64,000 nt of DNA, from the NCBI GenBank assembly GCA_965223345.1, contig CBDCWG010000012.1, forward strand, positions 2,560,001 through 2,624,000, written 5' to 3'. Positions 29,334 to 39,827 of the stretch are shown piece by piece. The notes beneath the pieces were generated by a model, which was given only the letters and a program-made list of their open reading frames with translations, made no database searches and was not told where the DNA came from. This DNA is from Nitrospinales bacterium. GTDB taxonomy: Bacteria; Nitrospinota; Nitrospinia; Nitrospinales; VA-1. Within the stretch, counting starts at the first letter, position 1, and each line of letters starts with the position of its first letter. The translations under genes were made by a program, and so were the position numbers.

Positions 29334-30032
29334 TCAAAACAAAAATCCCACCAGTGTGATCAGGCGCGGATACAGGTGCACCACGCCCAAAAACGCCAGC
29401 GCGCAGCAGGCCTGAAATACCCAGGCCGCGTACAGCGTGCCGGTGGCGCGGAACAGGAACGCGGTGATCCCGCCGAGGATGAACAGTCCGAGACTCAGTT
29501 TGAGCTGCGCCAGCGTGAACAGCAGGGCGACGGCGTAGATTGCCAGCACCGGGTTGATGCGCTGAATCAAGCCCTGCAGGACGAAGCCGTTGAAAAACGC
29601 CTGCTGGATGAGCGGCGTCAGAACCGCGGACATGAGCAACGCGAGGGCTCCGGGAAACGGTTCGTCCCGGTTGGCCGCGGCCCGTTCGGCCCCCTGGAAC
29701 AGCTCGTGATCCGATAAGCCCGAAAGGGCGATCATGCCGTCGAGCACCGGAAGCGCCAGCAGAACCAGCCCGCCGAGGACGCCGCCGATCAACAGATGAT
29801 TGCCGAGATATTCTTTGCCAAAGCCCAACCGTTGCGGATCGGCTTTTTTCAGTCCCCAAAGCGCGAGCAGCGCCGCCGCCATGAAGATCAGCGACGCGTG
29901 CTGCGAGAGCCACGGATGCGGCCGCAAGAGGATCGAGGCTGCCGGAATGAACAGCAGGAAATAAACCGTCAGCACCACAAGCGTTGTGGGGAAACTCCCC
30001 GTTCCCGTCAGTTCGCTGCGTTTTACGATCAA
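29334..30032 (-). CDS. CPBP/Abi (CAAX) intramembrane protease homolog
   Basis: Multi-TM; P..QQAFFNG (EExxxR-like), FTLAQ (F...H-like); start uncertain. Confidence 0.7.
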   Translation of the reverse strand: MIVKRSELTGTGSFPTTLVVLTVYFLLFIPAASILLRPHPWLSQHASLIFMAAALLALWGLKKADPQRLGFGKEYLGNHLLIGGVLGGLVLLALPVLDGMIALSGLSDHELFQGAERAAANRDEPFPGALALLMSAVLTPLIQQAFFNGFVLQGLIQRINPVLAIYAVALLFTLAQLKLSLGLFILGGITAFLFRATGTLYAAWVFQACCALAFLGVVHLYPRLITLVGFLF

Positions 30033-30080
30033 GGCGTCATCTCCAGGAGTCCGGAGTCGAAAGGTTGCGTGCCGGGAAGA

Positions 30081-30368
30081 TTACTCGGGCGGTGTGGGCT
30101 GGCGGGCGCCGGACAGATGCGCGGGCGGCGCTTCGCGGGTGTCCGGTGTGTCCGCGCCGCTGATGTGGTCGGTGCGGTTGCGCACTTCCTGTGTGTATTC
30201 GGACCCCGCGCCGCCGCTGATGTGGACCCAGTGGTACTGGTCCATCGTGCGGTTCTGGGTTTCCTGGGAGGCGGTGATTTCGCTTTTGAGGAGGTTGGCG
30301 TTCAGATAGAATCCGCCGAAAATCAAAGCGGAGAGGATGCAGGATTCGATGAACACGTTTTTCCACAT
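30081..30368 (-). CDS. Small hypothetical membrane-anchored protein
   Basis: N-terminal TM; repeated NRT(M)D and HISG motifs. Confidence 0.55.
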   Translation of the reverse strand: MWKNVFIESCILSALIFGGFYLNANLLKSEITASQETQNRTMDQYHWVHISGGAGSEYTQEVRNRTDHISGADTPDTREAPPAHLSGARQPTPPE

Positions 30369-30502
30369 AAAAATCTTGTTTTCAAGTGGTTATAAAAACG
30401 TCATCAGTTTAAAGCGTCTGCTGTGAAAATTCAACACGCAAACGCCGGTGCGCTGTGGCGCACCCACCCGAGCAAAGCGGGCCCGATTGGATTATAATGG
30501 AA

Positions 30503-30531
30503 TTGACAAATTCTTGTTCTTTATTTACTAT
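30503..30531 (+). promoter_or_regulatory. Sigma70 promoter of the rpiB-glyA-nrdR operon
   Basis: TTGACA-N17-TACTAT. Confidence 0.65.
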
Positions 30532-30731
30532 CCGTTTTTGTAATAAAATGATTTTATTGAGGTAATTTAAGTTTCAACGCCCAAAGCGGGGTGCCGAGGG
30601 CCCAACCCGTTTCGGAAACCGTTTGCACCGTCAGCATCATTTCATCTCCAGGTTCCCTCAGTTTCACCGTGTGCAGCGGAATTCTGTCCTGAATCGAATC
30701 CCTTTCGGGTTTCCAGACTAGAGATCCACGA

Positions 30732-31217
30732 ATGAAAAAGCTGGCCATCGCATCCGATCACGCCGGATACGAGCTCAAGGAAAGTGTCCTCTCGCATTTG
30801 CGGGACAAAGGGGTGGAGGTCGAGGATTTCGGCCCCAACAACACCGATTCGGTGGATTACCCGGATTACGGAATCCCGCTCGCCAAGGCCATCCTGGGAA
30901 ACCAGGTCGAACGCGGCATCGTCATCTGCGGCACCGGCGTGGGGATGTCGATCGTCGTCAACCGCTTTCCCGGCATCCGCGGAACGCTGTGTTCGGATGT
31001 GTACACAGCCAAGGTGTGCCGCGCCCACAACGACTCCAACGTCCTCATCCTCGGCGGCCGGGTGATCGGCACCGGGCTGGCGCAGGAGATCGTCGATACC
31101 TGGCTCGAAACGCCGTTCGACGGCGGCCGCCATCAGCGGCGGCTGGACAAGATCAAAAGCATCGACCAATCCATGCAGCAGCGCGACGAACAAGTCAACG
31201 TGAAAGGAGAACTCTAA
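30732..31217 (+). CDS. rpiB: Ribose-5-phosphate isomerase B
   Basis: ASDHAG, DYPD, ICGTGVG, HNDSNVL, GGRHQRR. Confidence 0.96.
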   Translation: MKKLAIASDHAGYELKESVLSHLRDKGVEVEDFGPNNTDSVDYPDYGIPLAKAILGNQVERGIVICGTGVGMSIVVNRFPGIRGTLCSDVYTAKVCRAHNDSNVLILGGRVIGTGLAQEIVDTWLETPFDGGRHQRRLDKIKSIDQSMQQRDEQVNVKGEL

Positions 31218-31218
31218 G

Positions 31219-32469
31219 TTGTCACTATCGGAATTTGATCCGGAAATCGCCCAGGCCATCAAAGGGGAAACCGAGCGGGAAAACTTCACGCTGGAGATGA
31301 TCGCTTCGGAAAACTTCGTCAGCCGGCAGGTGCAGGAAGCGCAGGGCTCGGTCATGACGAACAAGTACGCCGAGGGGTATCCCGGCAAGCGCTATTACGG
31401 CGGCTGCGAATACGTGGACGTGGCGGAAAACCTCGCCATCGAGCGCGCCAAGAAGATCTTCGGCGCCGAACACGCCAACGTGCAGCCGCATTCGGGCTCG
31501 CAGGCCAACATGGCGGTGTACCACACGGTTTTGAAGCCCGGCGACACGGTGCTGGGCATGAACCTCTCGCACGGCGGGCACCTGACGCACGGCAGCCCGG
31601 TCAATTTTTCCGGCTACACCTACAATGTGGTGGCGTACGGTGTGGACGAAAAAACCGAATGCATCGACTACGACGAAGTCAGCCGGCTGGCGAAAGAAAA
31701 CAAGCCCAAAATGATCATCGTCGGCGGCAGCGCCTACCCGAGGATCATCGATGCGGTCAGGTTCCGCGAGATCGCCGATTCGGTGGGCGCGAAGATCATG
31801 ACCGACATCGCGCATCCGGCCGGGCTGGTGGCGGCGGGGCTGTATCCTTCACCGGTGCCGCACTCGGAGTTCGTCACCACGACCACGCACAAAACCCTGC
31901 GCGGTCCGCGCGGCGGCATGATCCTCTGCAAGGAGGAATTCGCGAAGGACGTGAACAAACGGATCTTCCCCGGCATTCAGGGTGGCCCGCTCATGCACGT
32001 GATCGCCGCGAAAGCGGTGGCGTTCAAGGAAGCGCTGAGCCCGGGTTTCGTCGATTACCAGAAGCAGGTGGTGGCGAATGCGAAAGCGCTGGCGGCCTAT
32101 CTTGTGAGCAAGGGCTACAAGATCGTCAGCGGCGGCACCGACACGCACCTCATGCTGGTGGATCTGAGAAAGCAGGACATCACCGGCAAGGCCGCCGAGC
32201 ATGCGCTGGATGAAGCCGGCATCACCGTCAACAAGAACACGGTGCCGTTCGAGACGCGCAGCCCGTTCGTGACCTCGGGCATCCGCATCGGCACGCCGGC
32301 GCTGACGACGCGCGGCATGAAGGAAAAAGAAATGGAAACCATCGGCGAATGGATCCACCAGACCCTGACAAACATCGAGGATGCCGGATTCCATTCGAAG
32401 ACCCGCCAGAAAGTTCGCGAGCTGTGCGAACAGTTTCCGCTGCACCTGGAACTCTCTAGCAAATGCTGA
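31219..32469 (+). CDS. glyA: Serine hydroxymethyltransferase
   Basis: [35 protein letters not shown]. Confidence 0.98.
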   Translation: MSLSEFDPEIAQAIKGETERENFTLEMIASENFVSRQVQEAQGSVMTNKYAEGYPGKRYYGGCEYVDVAENLAIERAKKIFGAEHANVQPHSGSQANMAVYHTVLKPGDTVLGMNLSHGGHLTHGSPVNFSGYTYNVVAYGVDEKTECIDYDEVSRLAKENKPKMIIVGGSAYPRIIDAVRFREIADSVGAKIMTDIAHPAGLVAAGLYPSPVPHSEFVTTTTHKTLRGPRGGMILCKEEFAKDVNKRIFPGIQGGPLMHVIAAKAVAFKEALSPGFVDYQKQVVANAKALAAYLVSKGYKIVSGGTDTHLMLVDLRKQDITGKAAEHALDEAGITVNKNTVPFETRSPFVTSGIRIGTPALTTRGMKEKEMETIGEWIHQTLTNIEDAGFHSKTRQKVRELCEQFPLHLELSSKC

Positions 32470-32476
32470 ACCGCAG

Positions 32477-32962
32477 ATGAAATGCCCCGCCTGTTCCAAC
32501 ATGGAAAACAAAGTGATCGATTCCCGCCTCAACAAGGAAGGGGACATCATCCGCAGACGCCGTGAGTGCCTGAGCTGCGAAGAGCGGTTCACCACCTACG
32601 AGCGTGTGGAGAAATCCCTGCCGTTCGTAGTGAAAAAGGACGGTCGGCGCGAGGAGTTCAACCGGGAGAAGATCCTCGACGGGGTCAAGAAGGCCTGCCA
32701 GAAGCGGCCCATCAGCATCGAGAAGGTGGAAAGCCTGGTGGACCGGGTGGAGCAGCATTTTCAGGATCTGGGCGAGAAGGAGATCTCCGCCGTCGCCGTG
32801 GGGGAGAAGGTGGTCAAGGAGCTGTACGGCCTGGACGATGTGGCGTACGTGCGGTTCGCCTCGGTGTACCGTTCCTTCAAGGATGTGAACGAATTCATGG
32901 TGGAACTGAAGGAAGTCCTCAAGGACAAGCAGGGGGAGAAAGACACCGACCGGTTGCAGTGA
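32477..32962 (+). CDS. nrdR: Transcriptional repressor NrdR
   Basis: MKCPAC...DSR...[21 protein letters not shown] cone, [10 protein letters not shown]. Confidence 0.97.
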   Translation: MKCPACSNMENKVIDSRLNKEGDIIRRRRECLSCEERFTTYERVEKSLPFVVKKDGRREEFNREKILDGVKKACQKRPISIEKVESLVDRVEQHFQDLGEKEISAVAVGEKVVKELYGLDDVAYVRFASVYRSFKDVNEFMVELKEVLKDKQGEKDTDRLQ

Positions 32963-32996
32963 CGGCGCGCGCCGCCGGGTGCAGGGGATCCGCTGC

Positions 32997-33284
32997 ATGG
33001 CAGGACAACGGCATTCGATTCGCGGCCGGGTGGAAATCTTTCCCGTCGAAAAGCCCTGGATCTACGTGCGTGTGCCGAAAAAGTACACGGCGCTGACCCG
33101 CGGCAGCGCGGACCGGGGTCTGGTGGCCGTGCGGGTCACGTTGGGCGCAAGCACCTGGAACACGTCGCTGATGCCCATGGGCGACGGCACCCTGTTCATC
33201 CCCCTCAACGCCAGGGTGAGAAAGGCGGAAGGCGTCGCCGTCGGCGACCGCGTGGAGCTCAGCTTCGAGCTGCGTAAACGCTGA
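32997..33284 (+). CDS. DUF1905 family protein
   Basis: W.YVRVP, RGLVAVRVTLG..TWNTSLMPMGDG..FIPL...VRKAEG...GD. Confidence 0.8.
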   Translation: MAGQRHSIRGRVEIFPVEKPWIYVRVPKKYTALTRGSADRGLVAVRVTLGASTWNTSLMPMGDGTLFIPLNARVRKAEGVAVGDRVELSFELRKR

Positions 33285-33528
33285 AAACCGCCGTTTTCCC
33301 GAGAATCCGCATTCCCCCGCCCTGCGGCAACTGCCCGTTGAATCCCTGATTACAAAATGTTACGATAATTCGATAGTAAGATATTAAAAATACCCGCTTT
33401 ATCGGGCTTTTCCCGGTTTTGGCGGGTGGGGGGAACGCTTCTGCGGCGCTGGGACCGGTTTCCATCGCCGGCAGCTCTTTCATCGCTCATCTTCGATCTA
33501 TTTCCCTCCCCTTTGTGCAGGGGCGGAT

Positions 33529-34317
33529 GTGGGAACGGCTGTGTTCCAAATTTCCTTATTCAGTTATCTCGGGGCTTCGCTCGGGTATTTCGTTTATCTG
33601 GTCTACCGCAAACCATTTGTGTCCACCCTCGCCACCGTCACGGTGGCGGTGGGTTTATTGGCCCAGACGGTCTGGCTGGGGCTCCGGTCCATGGAGACGG
33701 GGCACGGCCCCTACACCAACTCGTTCGAGATCGCGATGTTTTTCTCGTGGCTGTTGGTCGTGGTGTATTTTCTGACCGAGTGGAAATACAAGATCAAAGA
33801 CCTGGGCGCGTTCGTATTGCCGCTGGTGTTCATGGTGGTTCTGTCCTCCGGATTTCTGTCCAAGGAAGTGGACATGGTGGAGAAAGGGCAGGCCGATTTC
33901 TGGCTCACCCTGCACCGCACGCTATCGGTGCTGGGATACGCGGCTTTTAGCATCGCCTTTGCGGCGGGGATCATGTATCTTTTTCAAGAACATCAGGTCA
34001 AATCGAAGAAGCTCGGCATCATGTATTTCCGGATGCCGTCTCTGGAAGTGCTCGACAACCTCAACGACAAAGTGATCACCATCGGCTTTCCCCTGTTCAC
34101 GCTCGGTTTCATGACCGGTTCGCTGTGGCAGGCGCAGCTCAACCAGCCGATGCTGGCCTGGGAGCCGCTCAAGACCTGGCCGCTGATCGGGGTGTGGTTG
34201 ATTTACGGGGTGGTGTTTTTCGGCCGCCTGATCGCGGGGGTGCGCGGCAAGAAAGCGGCGCAGGGAGCGATTCTGGGTTTTGTGATGGTCATCATCACTT
34301 ATTTCATGCACGTGTGA
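33529..34317 (+). CDS. Cytochrome c assembly family membrane protein (CcsA/HemX-like)
   Basis: Multi-TM; WLTLH, PSLEVLD, GFPLFTLGFMTG..W; directly upstream of hemA. Confidence 0.85.
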   Translation: MGTAVFQISLFSYLGASLGYFVYLVYRKPFVSTLATVTVAVGLLAQTVWLGLRSMETGHGPYTNSFEIAMFFSWLLVVVYFLTEWKYKIKDLGAFVLPLVFMVVLSSGFLSKEVDMVEKGQADFWLTLHRTLSVLGYAAFSIAFAAGIMYLFQEHQVKSKKLGIMYFRMPSLEVLDNLNDKVITIGFPLFTLGFMTGSLWQAQLNQPMLAWEPLKTWPLIGVWLIYGVVFFGRLIAGVRGKKAAQGAILGFVMVIITYFMHV

Positions 34318-34319
34318 AC

Positions 34320-35594
34320 ATGGGCGATCCCAATCTCATTCTGGTGGGCGTGAACCACAAGGCGACGCCGGTGGAAATCCGCGAACGGCTGGCGTTCACG
34401 CAGCCGCAGATCGAGGCTTCGCTGGAACGGCTGCTCGGCCACCCGGAGATCATCGAGAACATCATCCTTTCCACCTGCAACCGCGTGGAGATCTACGCCC
34501 GGGTGCGCAGCGCCGGGGACGGGGTGCGGCTGCTCAAGGAATTCATCTGCGAATACCACAACATCACGCTCGAAAGCCTGGACAAGTATTTTTACAGCTA
34601 TCAGGACGAGCAGGCGGTGGAGCATCTGTTCCGGGTTTCGTCCAGCCTGGACTCGATGGTGCTGGGCGAGGCGCAGATCCTCGGGCAGGTGAAGGAGGCC
34701 TACAGCACCGCGCGGGCATTGCAGTCCACCGGCATGGTGCTCAATCAGCTGTTCGAGAAAGCCTTCAACGTCGCGAAAAAAGTGCGCGAGGAAACCGGCA
34801 TCGCCGAGCGCGGCGTTTCCATCAGCAGCGCCGCGGTGGAACTGGCGCGCAAGATCTTCGACGACCTGGAAACCCATTCCGTCATGCTGGTCGGCACCGG
34901 CGAGATGGCCGAGCTGGCGGCGAAATCGCTGATCTCCTACGGCGTCAAAACCGTGTACGTGGCCAGCCGCACCTACGAACGGGCGGAAACGCTGGCCCGC
35001 ACCCTCAACGGCAGTGCCCTGAGCTTCGAGATGTTCAAAGAGGAGATGCACCGGGCGGACATCGTCATTACCTCGACGGCGGCGCCGACGTTCATCATCA
35101 AAAAGGAGATGGTGGAAGAGGCGATCCACAAGCGCAAGAACAAACCCATCTTCTTCATCGACATCGCGGTGCCGCGCGACATCGAGCCCGAGGTCAACGA
35201 CCTGGAAAACGTGTACCTCTACGACATCGACGACCTGCAGACGGTGGTCGCGGCGAACATGAAGGAGCGGGAAAAGGAAGCCGAGAACGCGCTGGAGATC
35301 ATCCAGAACGAGGTCACCAAATTCAACAACTGGGTCGTCTCCCGCGACGCGGTGCCCACCATCGTCGAGATGCGCAAGCGCGCCGATGACATCCGCCAGA
35401 ACGAGGTGGAGCGCACCCTCAAGAAGATGCCCCACCTGTCGGAAGACGACGTCAAGGCGCTGGAACAGATGTCGCAGTCGATCATCGAAAAAATCCTCCA
35501 CAAACCCACCGTCAATCTCAAGAAGCAGACCCAGTCCCAGGAAGGGCATGTTTATTTGAAGGCGATCCGGCACCTGTTTCACCTGGACGACTGA
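34320..35594 (+). CDS. hemA: Glutamyl-tRNA reductase
   Basis: GVNHK, STCNRVEIY, SLDSMVLGEAQILGQVK, DIAVPRDI. Confidence 0.97.
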   Translation: MGDPNLILVGVNHKATPVEIRERLAFTQPQIEASLERLLGHPEIIENIILSTCNRVEIYARVRSAGDGVRLLKEFICEYHNITLESLDKYFYSYQDEQAVEHLFRVSSSLDSMVLGEAQILGQVKEAYSTARALQSTGMVLNQLFEKAFNVAKKVREETGIAERGVSISSAAVELARKIFDDLETHSVMLVGTGEMAELAAKSLISYGVKTVYVASRTYERAETLARTLNGSALSFEMFKEEMHRADIVITSTAAPTFIIKKEMVEEAIHKRKNKPIFFIDIAVPRDIEPEVNDLENVYLYDIDDLQTVVAANMKEREKEAENALEIIQNEVTKFNNWVVSRDAVPTIVEMRKRADDIRQNEVERTLKKMPHLSEDDVKALEQMSQSIIEKILHKPTVNLKKQTQSQEGHVYLKAIRHLFHLDD

Positions 35595-36527
35595 ATGGCA
35601 TCCCGCAAACTCATCATCGGGAGCCGGGGCAGCGGCCTGGCATTGTGGCAGGCGAACTGGATCCGCTCGCAGCTTCTGGAACTCCACGACGACCTCGACG
35701 TCGAGATCAAGATCATCAAGACCTCCGGCGACAAGATCCAGAACGTGCCGCTCACCAAGATCGGCGGCAAGGGCCTGTTCGTCAAGGAGATCGAGGAGGC
35801 GCTGATGGCGGGTGAGGTGGATCTCGCGGTGCACAGCATGAAGGATGTGCCGATGAAGCTGCCCTACGAGCTGCACATCTCCATCATCACCGAGCGGGAA
35901 AACCCGTACGATGCGCTCCTGTCCAGAAACGGCACGCCCCTTAATGACTTGCCCAAAGGGGCGAAGGTGGGAACGGGCAGCCTCAGGCGCAGCTCGCAGC
36001 TTTTGAAGTACCGGCCCGATCTTGAGATCGTCGGGCTGCGCGGCAACATCGACACGCGCATCAAAAAACTCGACAGCGAAGGGCTGGACGCGATTATCCT
36101 GGCCGCCGCGGGGCTCCGGCGCATGGGCTGGGAAGACAAGATCACCGAGATCATCCCGCCGGAGGTGATCCTGCCGGCGATGGGGCAGGGCGCGGTGGGC
36201 ATCGAAACGCGCAAGCAGGACCCCGACGTGCACGGTCTTTTGTACGATCTCGATCACGAAGCCACCCACTGGGCGCTGGATGCGGAACGGGCGTTCGTCG
36301 CTCTGCTGGAAGGCGGCTGCCAGGTGCCCATCGGGGCGCACGCCACGATCGACGCAAACGAAACCATGACGGTCCGAGGTCTGGTGGCGAGTCTGGACGG
36401 CAACACGGTGTACCAGTGGGACAGGCAGGGGCCCGTTCAGGACGCAAAAAAACTGGGCCGCGAGCTCGGGCAGGACCTGCTCAAAATGGGCGCGGATAAA
36501 ATTTTAAAGGAAATTTACAGCGAGTGA
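35595..36527 (+). CDS. hemC: Hydroxymethylbilane synthase
   Basis: GSRGSGLALWQ, GKGLFVKE, AVHSMKD, RGNIDTR, EGGCQVP. Confidence 0.97.
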   Translation: MASRKLIIGSRGSGLALWQANWIRSQLLELHDDLDVEIKIIKTSGDKIQNVPLTKIGGKGLFVKEIEEALMAGEVDLAVHSMKDVPMKLPYELHISIITERENPYDALLSRNGTPLNDLPKGAKVGTGSLRRSSQLLKYRPDLEIVGLRGNIDTRIKKLDSEGLDAIILAAAGLRRMGWEDKITEIIPPEVILPAMGQGAVGIETRKQDPDVHGLLYDLDHEATHWALDAERAFVALLEGGCQVPIGAHATIDANETMTVRGLVASLDGNTVYQWDRQGPVQDAKKLGRELGQDLLKMGADKILKEIYSE

Positions 36528-36694
36528 GCTAACGCACGGCCTTTCAATCCCTTCTTCCGGCCTCCGATTTTCCCCATCCTATAAGCGAAATTCCGTCCTT
36601 GTAAATATCCGCCACGGCGTTATATTTATAAGGGAGAGCCCTTCCGCAGTACGAAAGAGCCCCCATCCACAAACCTTCTCACCCGAGAGGAAAC

Positions 36695-37438
36695 ATGAAC
36701 GCCAAACGACCCATTCAGATTGCAGCGCTGAGTTGCGCCCTTTTTGCCGCCGGTTTGCTGACAAGCGCCTGGGCGGAGGCGCCCGATGTTTTTCCGCATG
36801 CGGTTTGGAATAAGGATACGCCCACCGTGGAAATTCAAGCGGTTCCGGAAGCCGAAAGCGTGGACGAGACGATGGTGTTCGAGACGGATCCCTCGGATTA
36901 CGATCTGGACCCTGAGGACGAGCTGGATTTGATCTTTTCCAACGACTATCAGACCGGAGATCTGCCCGCCCGTTTTCTGCTGGATGTCTGGAACGCGCCG
37001 GATTTTCGGGAAGCGGTTCTCGATCCCGGTGTGGAGGCCTACCTGAGAGAGCTGATCGCCTCCGGCGATCTGGACCCCGACGATCCGGCCTTGCAGGGTA
37101 TCGAAGCCGACCTGCGAGGTGGTTTTTTCCGGCCCGATCCGAATAGCGAGCTGGTGCTGTTTCCTTCGACGGCTTTGCAGACGGGGGACATCCCGGCGCG
37201 TTTCCTGGTGGAGCTGGGTCCCCGGATCAGTGAACGTGCGTTTGTGCTGGATCCCGGTATCGGCGCGACGTTGAACCGGCTCATCGACACCGGATTCATC
37301 GACCTCAACAACCAGGCGCAGGCAGGAGCGCTGTTGAGCATCGAGAGCCGGCTGCGCGGCGGTCTTCTGGGCCGCAGCCGCGGGCCCGGATTCAGTGGCG
37401 GTCTGTTAAGCCGCGGCGGCGGATTGCTGGGCCGGTGA
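36695..37438 (+). CDS. Secreted hypothetical protein with two internal repeats and G/R-rich tail
   Basis: GAGG RBS, signal peptide; QTGD[LI]PARFL...VLDPG...IE..LRGG occurs twice. Confidence 0.75.
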   Translation: MNAKRPIQIAALSCALFAAGLLTSAWAEAPDVFPHAVWNKDTPTVEIQAVPEAESVDETMVFETDPSDYDLDPEDELDLIFSNDYQTGDLPARFLLDVWNAPDFREAVLDPGVEAYLRELIASGDLDPDDPALQGIEADLRGGFFRPDPNSELVLFPSTALQTGDIPARFLVELGPRISERAFVLDPGIGATLNRLIDTGFIDLNNQAQAGALLSIESRLRGGLLGRSRGPGFSGGLLSRGGGLLGR

Positions 37439-37462
37439 TCTGAGCGACTCACTCCATTATCA

Positions 37463-38740
37463 TTACAACCACACTTCATCGGCGTCGAGCCGTTCTTTGG
37501 CCAACGCTTCCGCGGCCTCGCGGAAGATGACGTCGTTTCCCTCCTGCGATTGCAGCCGTTCGTGGATCGCCAATACATTCTGCGAGACGGTGTGGTAGAT
37601 GAGGTCGTCCAGGTACTGCCTCGCGCCTGTGCCGTTGACGGTTTCACGGTAGGTCTCGTCTCCGGTCATCTTGAGTTCCACCGCGCAGCCGATGACGCCC
37701 CCGACATTGACGATAAAATCCGAAAGCGAAAGAATGCCGCGGCGGTTGTTCAGGTAATACTCGGTCATCTTGTTGCTCGGCGTGTTTGCGCCCTGCAACA
37801 CGATGCGGCACTGGATGCGGTCGGCGTTCCGGGCGGTGATGGCGTCCGGCCGGGCCGCCGGGATGAGCAGGTCGCAGGGCGCTTCCAGCAGCCAGTCGAG
37901 CCGGTCGGGGCCGAATTTTTTCTGCACGCGGCGCGGATAGGCGTCGAGACCGGAGGGTTCCTTGCGCACGGCGTTCAACGCCTCGACGTCGAGGCCGTCC
38001 GGGTTCCACAGCGCGGCGTGGATGTCGGACGCGCCCACCAGCGTCGCGCCTGCGGCCTGGAGTTTGACGGCGATCCAGGAGCCGACGTTGCCGTAACCCT
38101 GAATGACAAATTTCGCGTGCTGGAGATCGAGGTCTGCATCGAGCGTTTCCAGCGTGCGTGCGGCGGCGTACAGCCCCTGGGCGGTGAGGCCCCAGCCGTC
38201 GATCGGCACGCCGCCTTTTTCCGGCGGCCGTCCCGCGCCGCCGCGCAGATGCGTCGGATTGCCGAGTTTGCCCGAATAGGCTTCATAGATCTGCTGGATG
38301 TCGCGCTCGTCGGTGCCCATGTCGGGGGCGGGGATGTAGCGGTCCACCGCGAACACCGCGTCGGCGTACAATCCGATGAGATCGCGCCTGAGGCCCGATT
38401 CCTGCGCCAGCGCCCGGGGATCGACGGCCAGCCCGGATTTGCCGCCGCCGAAGGGCAGGCAGGCGCCGCTGTTTTTCAGCGTCATGGTGCGGGCGAGGCG
38501 CGCCACTTCTTCCAGCGTGACGTTGGGGGCCATGCGCAGGCCGCCGAGGCCGGGACCGCGCTGCGTGTTGTCCACCACCACGAATCCCCAGGCGTCTCCG
38601 GTGGCCGGATCGACGAGGCGGATTTTATGTTCCGGCTGCGGTTCGCGCGGGTCGGAAAACCGGTCCTGCAGATCCATCGCGGAGACCGGATCGCATTCCA
38701 GTTTTTGCGGCAGTTTCATTTTGCCGACGGAAAGATTCAT
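37463..38740 (-). CDS. Glu/Leu/Phe/Val dehydrogenase family protein
   Basis: GPGLGGLR, MTLKN, PFGGGKSG, PAPDMGT, QGYGNVG, N.GGV; start uncertain (38740, 38719 or later). Confidence 0.9.
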   Translation of the reverse strand: MNLSVGKMKLPQKLECDPVSAMDLQDRFSDPREPQPEHKIRLVDPATGDAWGFVVVDNTQRGPGLGGLRMAPNVTLEEVARLARTMTLKNSGACLPFGGGKSGLAVDPRALAQESGLRRDLIGLYADAVFAVDRYIPAPDMGTDERDIQQIYEAYSGKLGNPTHLRGGAGRPPEKGGVPIDGWGLTAQGLYAAARTLETLDADLDLQHAKFVIQGYGNVGSWIAVKLQAAGATLVGASDIHAALWNPDGLDVEALNAVRKEPSGLDAYPRRVQKKFGPDRLDWLLEAPCDLLIPAARPDAITARNADRIQCRIVLQGANTPSNKMTEYYLNNRRGILSLSDFIVNVGGVIGCAVELKMTGDETYRETVNGTGARQYLDDLIYHTVSQNVLAIHERLQSQEGNDVIFREAAEALAKERLDADEVWL

Positions 38741-38920
38741 GTCAGCCGGCACGGCGCTGCGGGCACCGCGAAAGAAAACGGTTTCATTTTTTGTCCCTTC
38801 CGTGGACAATGGCCGGGAGCCGGTGGACGGTTGCGAGCGGAATGGCGGCGCGCTCGCACGCTGTTTCGCCCTCATTTTAATGCAGATGCCAACCCCCTTC
38901 CATAGGTTATTTGATCGCGC

Positions 38921-39757
38921 ATGAACGCTCCGCAACCCACTCAGGAACAGATCGATGAACTGATTCTCCGCTCGCTGGAAGAAGACCTGGGAGAGGGCGA
39001 CGTCACTTCCCGCGCCGTGGTTCGGGACAACGCCGTGCTCGAAGCCACGCTGACTGCAAAGGAAGACCTGATCGTGTGCGGCGCGGAGATTGGCAAACGG
39101 GTGTTCACGCTGCTCGATCCGGATGCCGCGTTCCCGGAGCCGGGCGCTGCGGACGGCGAAGCGATGGCCCTGGGAAAAGACTTTCTGCGCGTGCGCGCGC
39201 AAACACGCGCGCTGCTGGAAGGAGAGAGGACGGCGCTCAATATAATGCAGCGGCTGAGCGGGATCGCGACCCTGACGCGCCGGTTTGTCGAAAAAGCCGC
39301 TCCCGTTACCGTTCTGGACACGCGCAAGACCACGCCGGGGCTCAGGCTGTTCGAAAAATACGCCGTGCGCTGCGGCGGCGGAACCAACCACCGTTTCGGC
39401 CTTTACGACGGCATCCTGATCAAGGACAACCATATCAAGGCCGCGGGCAGCGTGGCGGAGGCGGTGGCGCGGGCGCGCAACGGGGCTGCGTTTCCGGTGG
39501 AGGTGGAGACGGCGACGCTGGAGCAGGTGAAAGAAGCGCTGGATGCGGGAGCGGATATCCTGCTGCTCGACAACATGACGACGGAAACGATTCGAAAGGC
39601 GGTGCAAATCGTGGCGGGCCGGGCGAAAATTGAGGTTTCCGGCTCGATGTCGCTGGCGCGGGTGCAGGAGATTTCCGGGACCGGCGTCGATTTCGTGTCC
39701 GTCGGGGCGCTCACCCATTCCGCCCCGGCGGTGGACATCAGCATGAACCTCGCCTGA
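38921..39757 (+). CDS. nadC: Nicotinate-nucleotide pyrophosphorylase
   Basis: EDLGEGDVT, ERTALN, DTRKTTPG, HRFGLYD..LIKDNH, LLDN, GALTHSA. Confidence 0.97.
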   Translation: MNAPQPTQEQIDELILRSLEEDLGEGDVTSRAVVRDNAVLEATLTAKEDLIVCGAEIGKRVFTLLDPDAAFPEPGAADGEAMALGKDFLRVRAQTRALLEGERTALNIMQRLSGIATLTRRFVEKAAPVTVLDTRKTTPGLRLFEKYAVRCGGGTNHRFGLYDGILIKDNHIKAAGSVAEAVARARNGAAFPVEVETATLEQVKEALDAGADILLLDNMTTETIRKAVQIVAGRAKIEVSGSMSLARVQEISGTGVDFVSVGALTHSAPAVDISMNLA

Positions 39758-39827
39758 TTCGGGGCGTCCGCCGCCCGCAAATGCGGTATAATGAAGGCCT
39801 GTCACCAACGAATGGAGTGAGTGGGCC

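Noticed and set aside
30540..30731. Riboswitch in the rpiB-glyA leader (e.g. ZTP, THF, glycine)
   Set aside because: I could not recognise any consensus aptamer elements.
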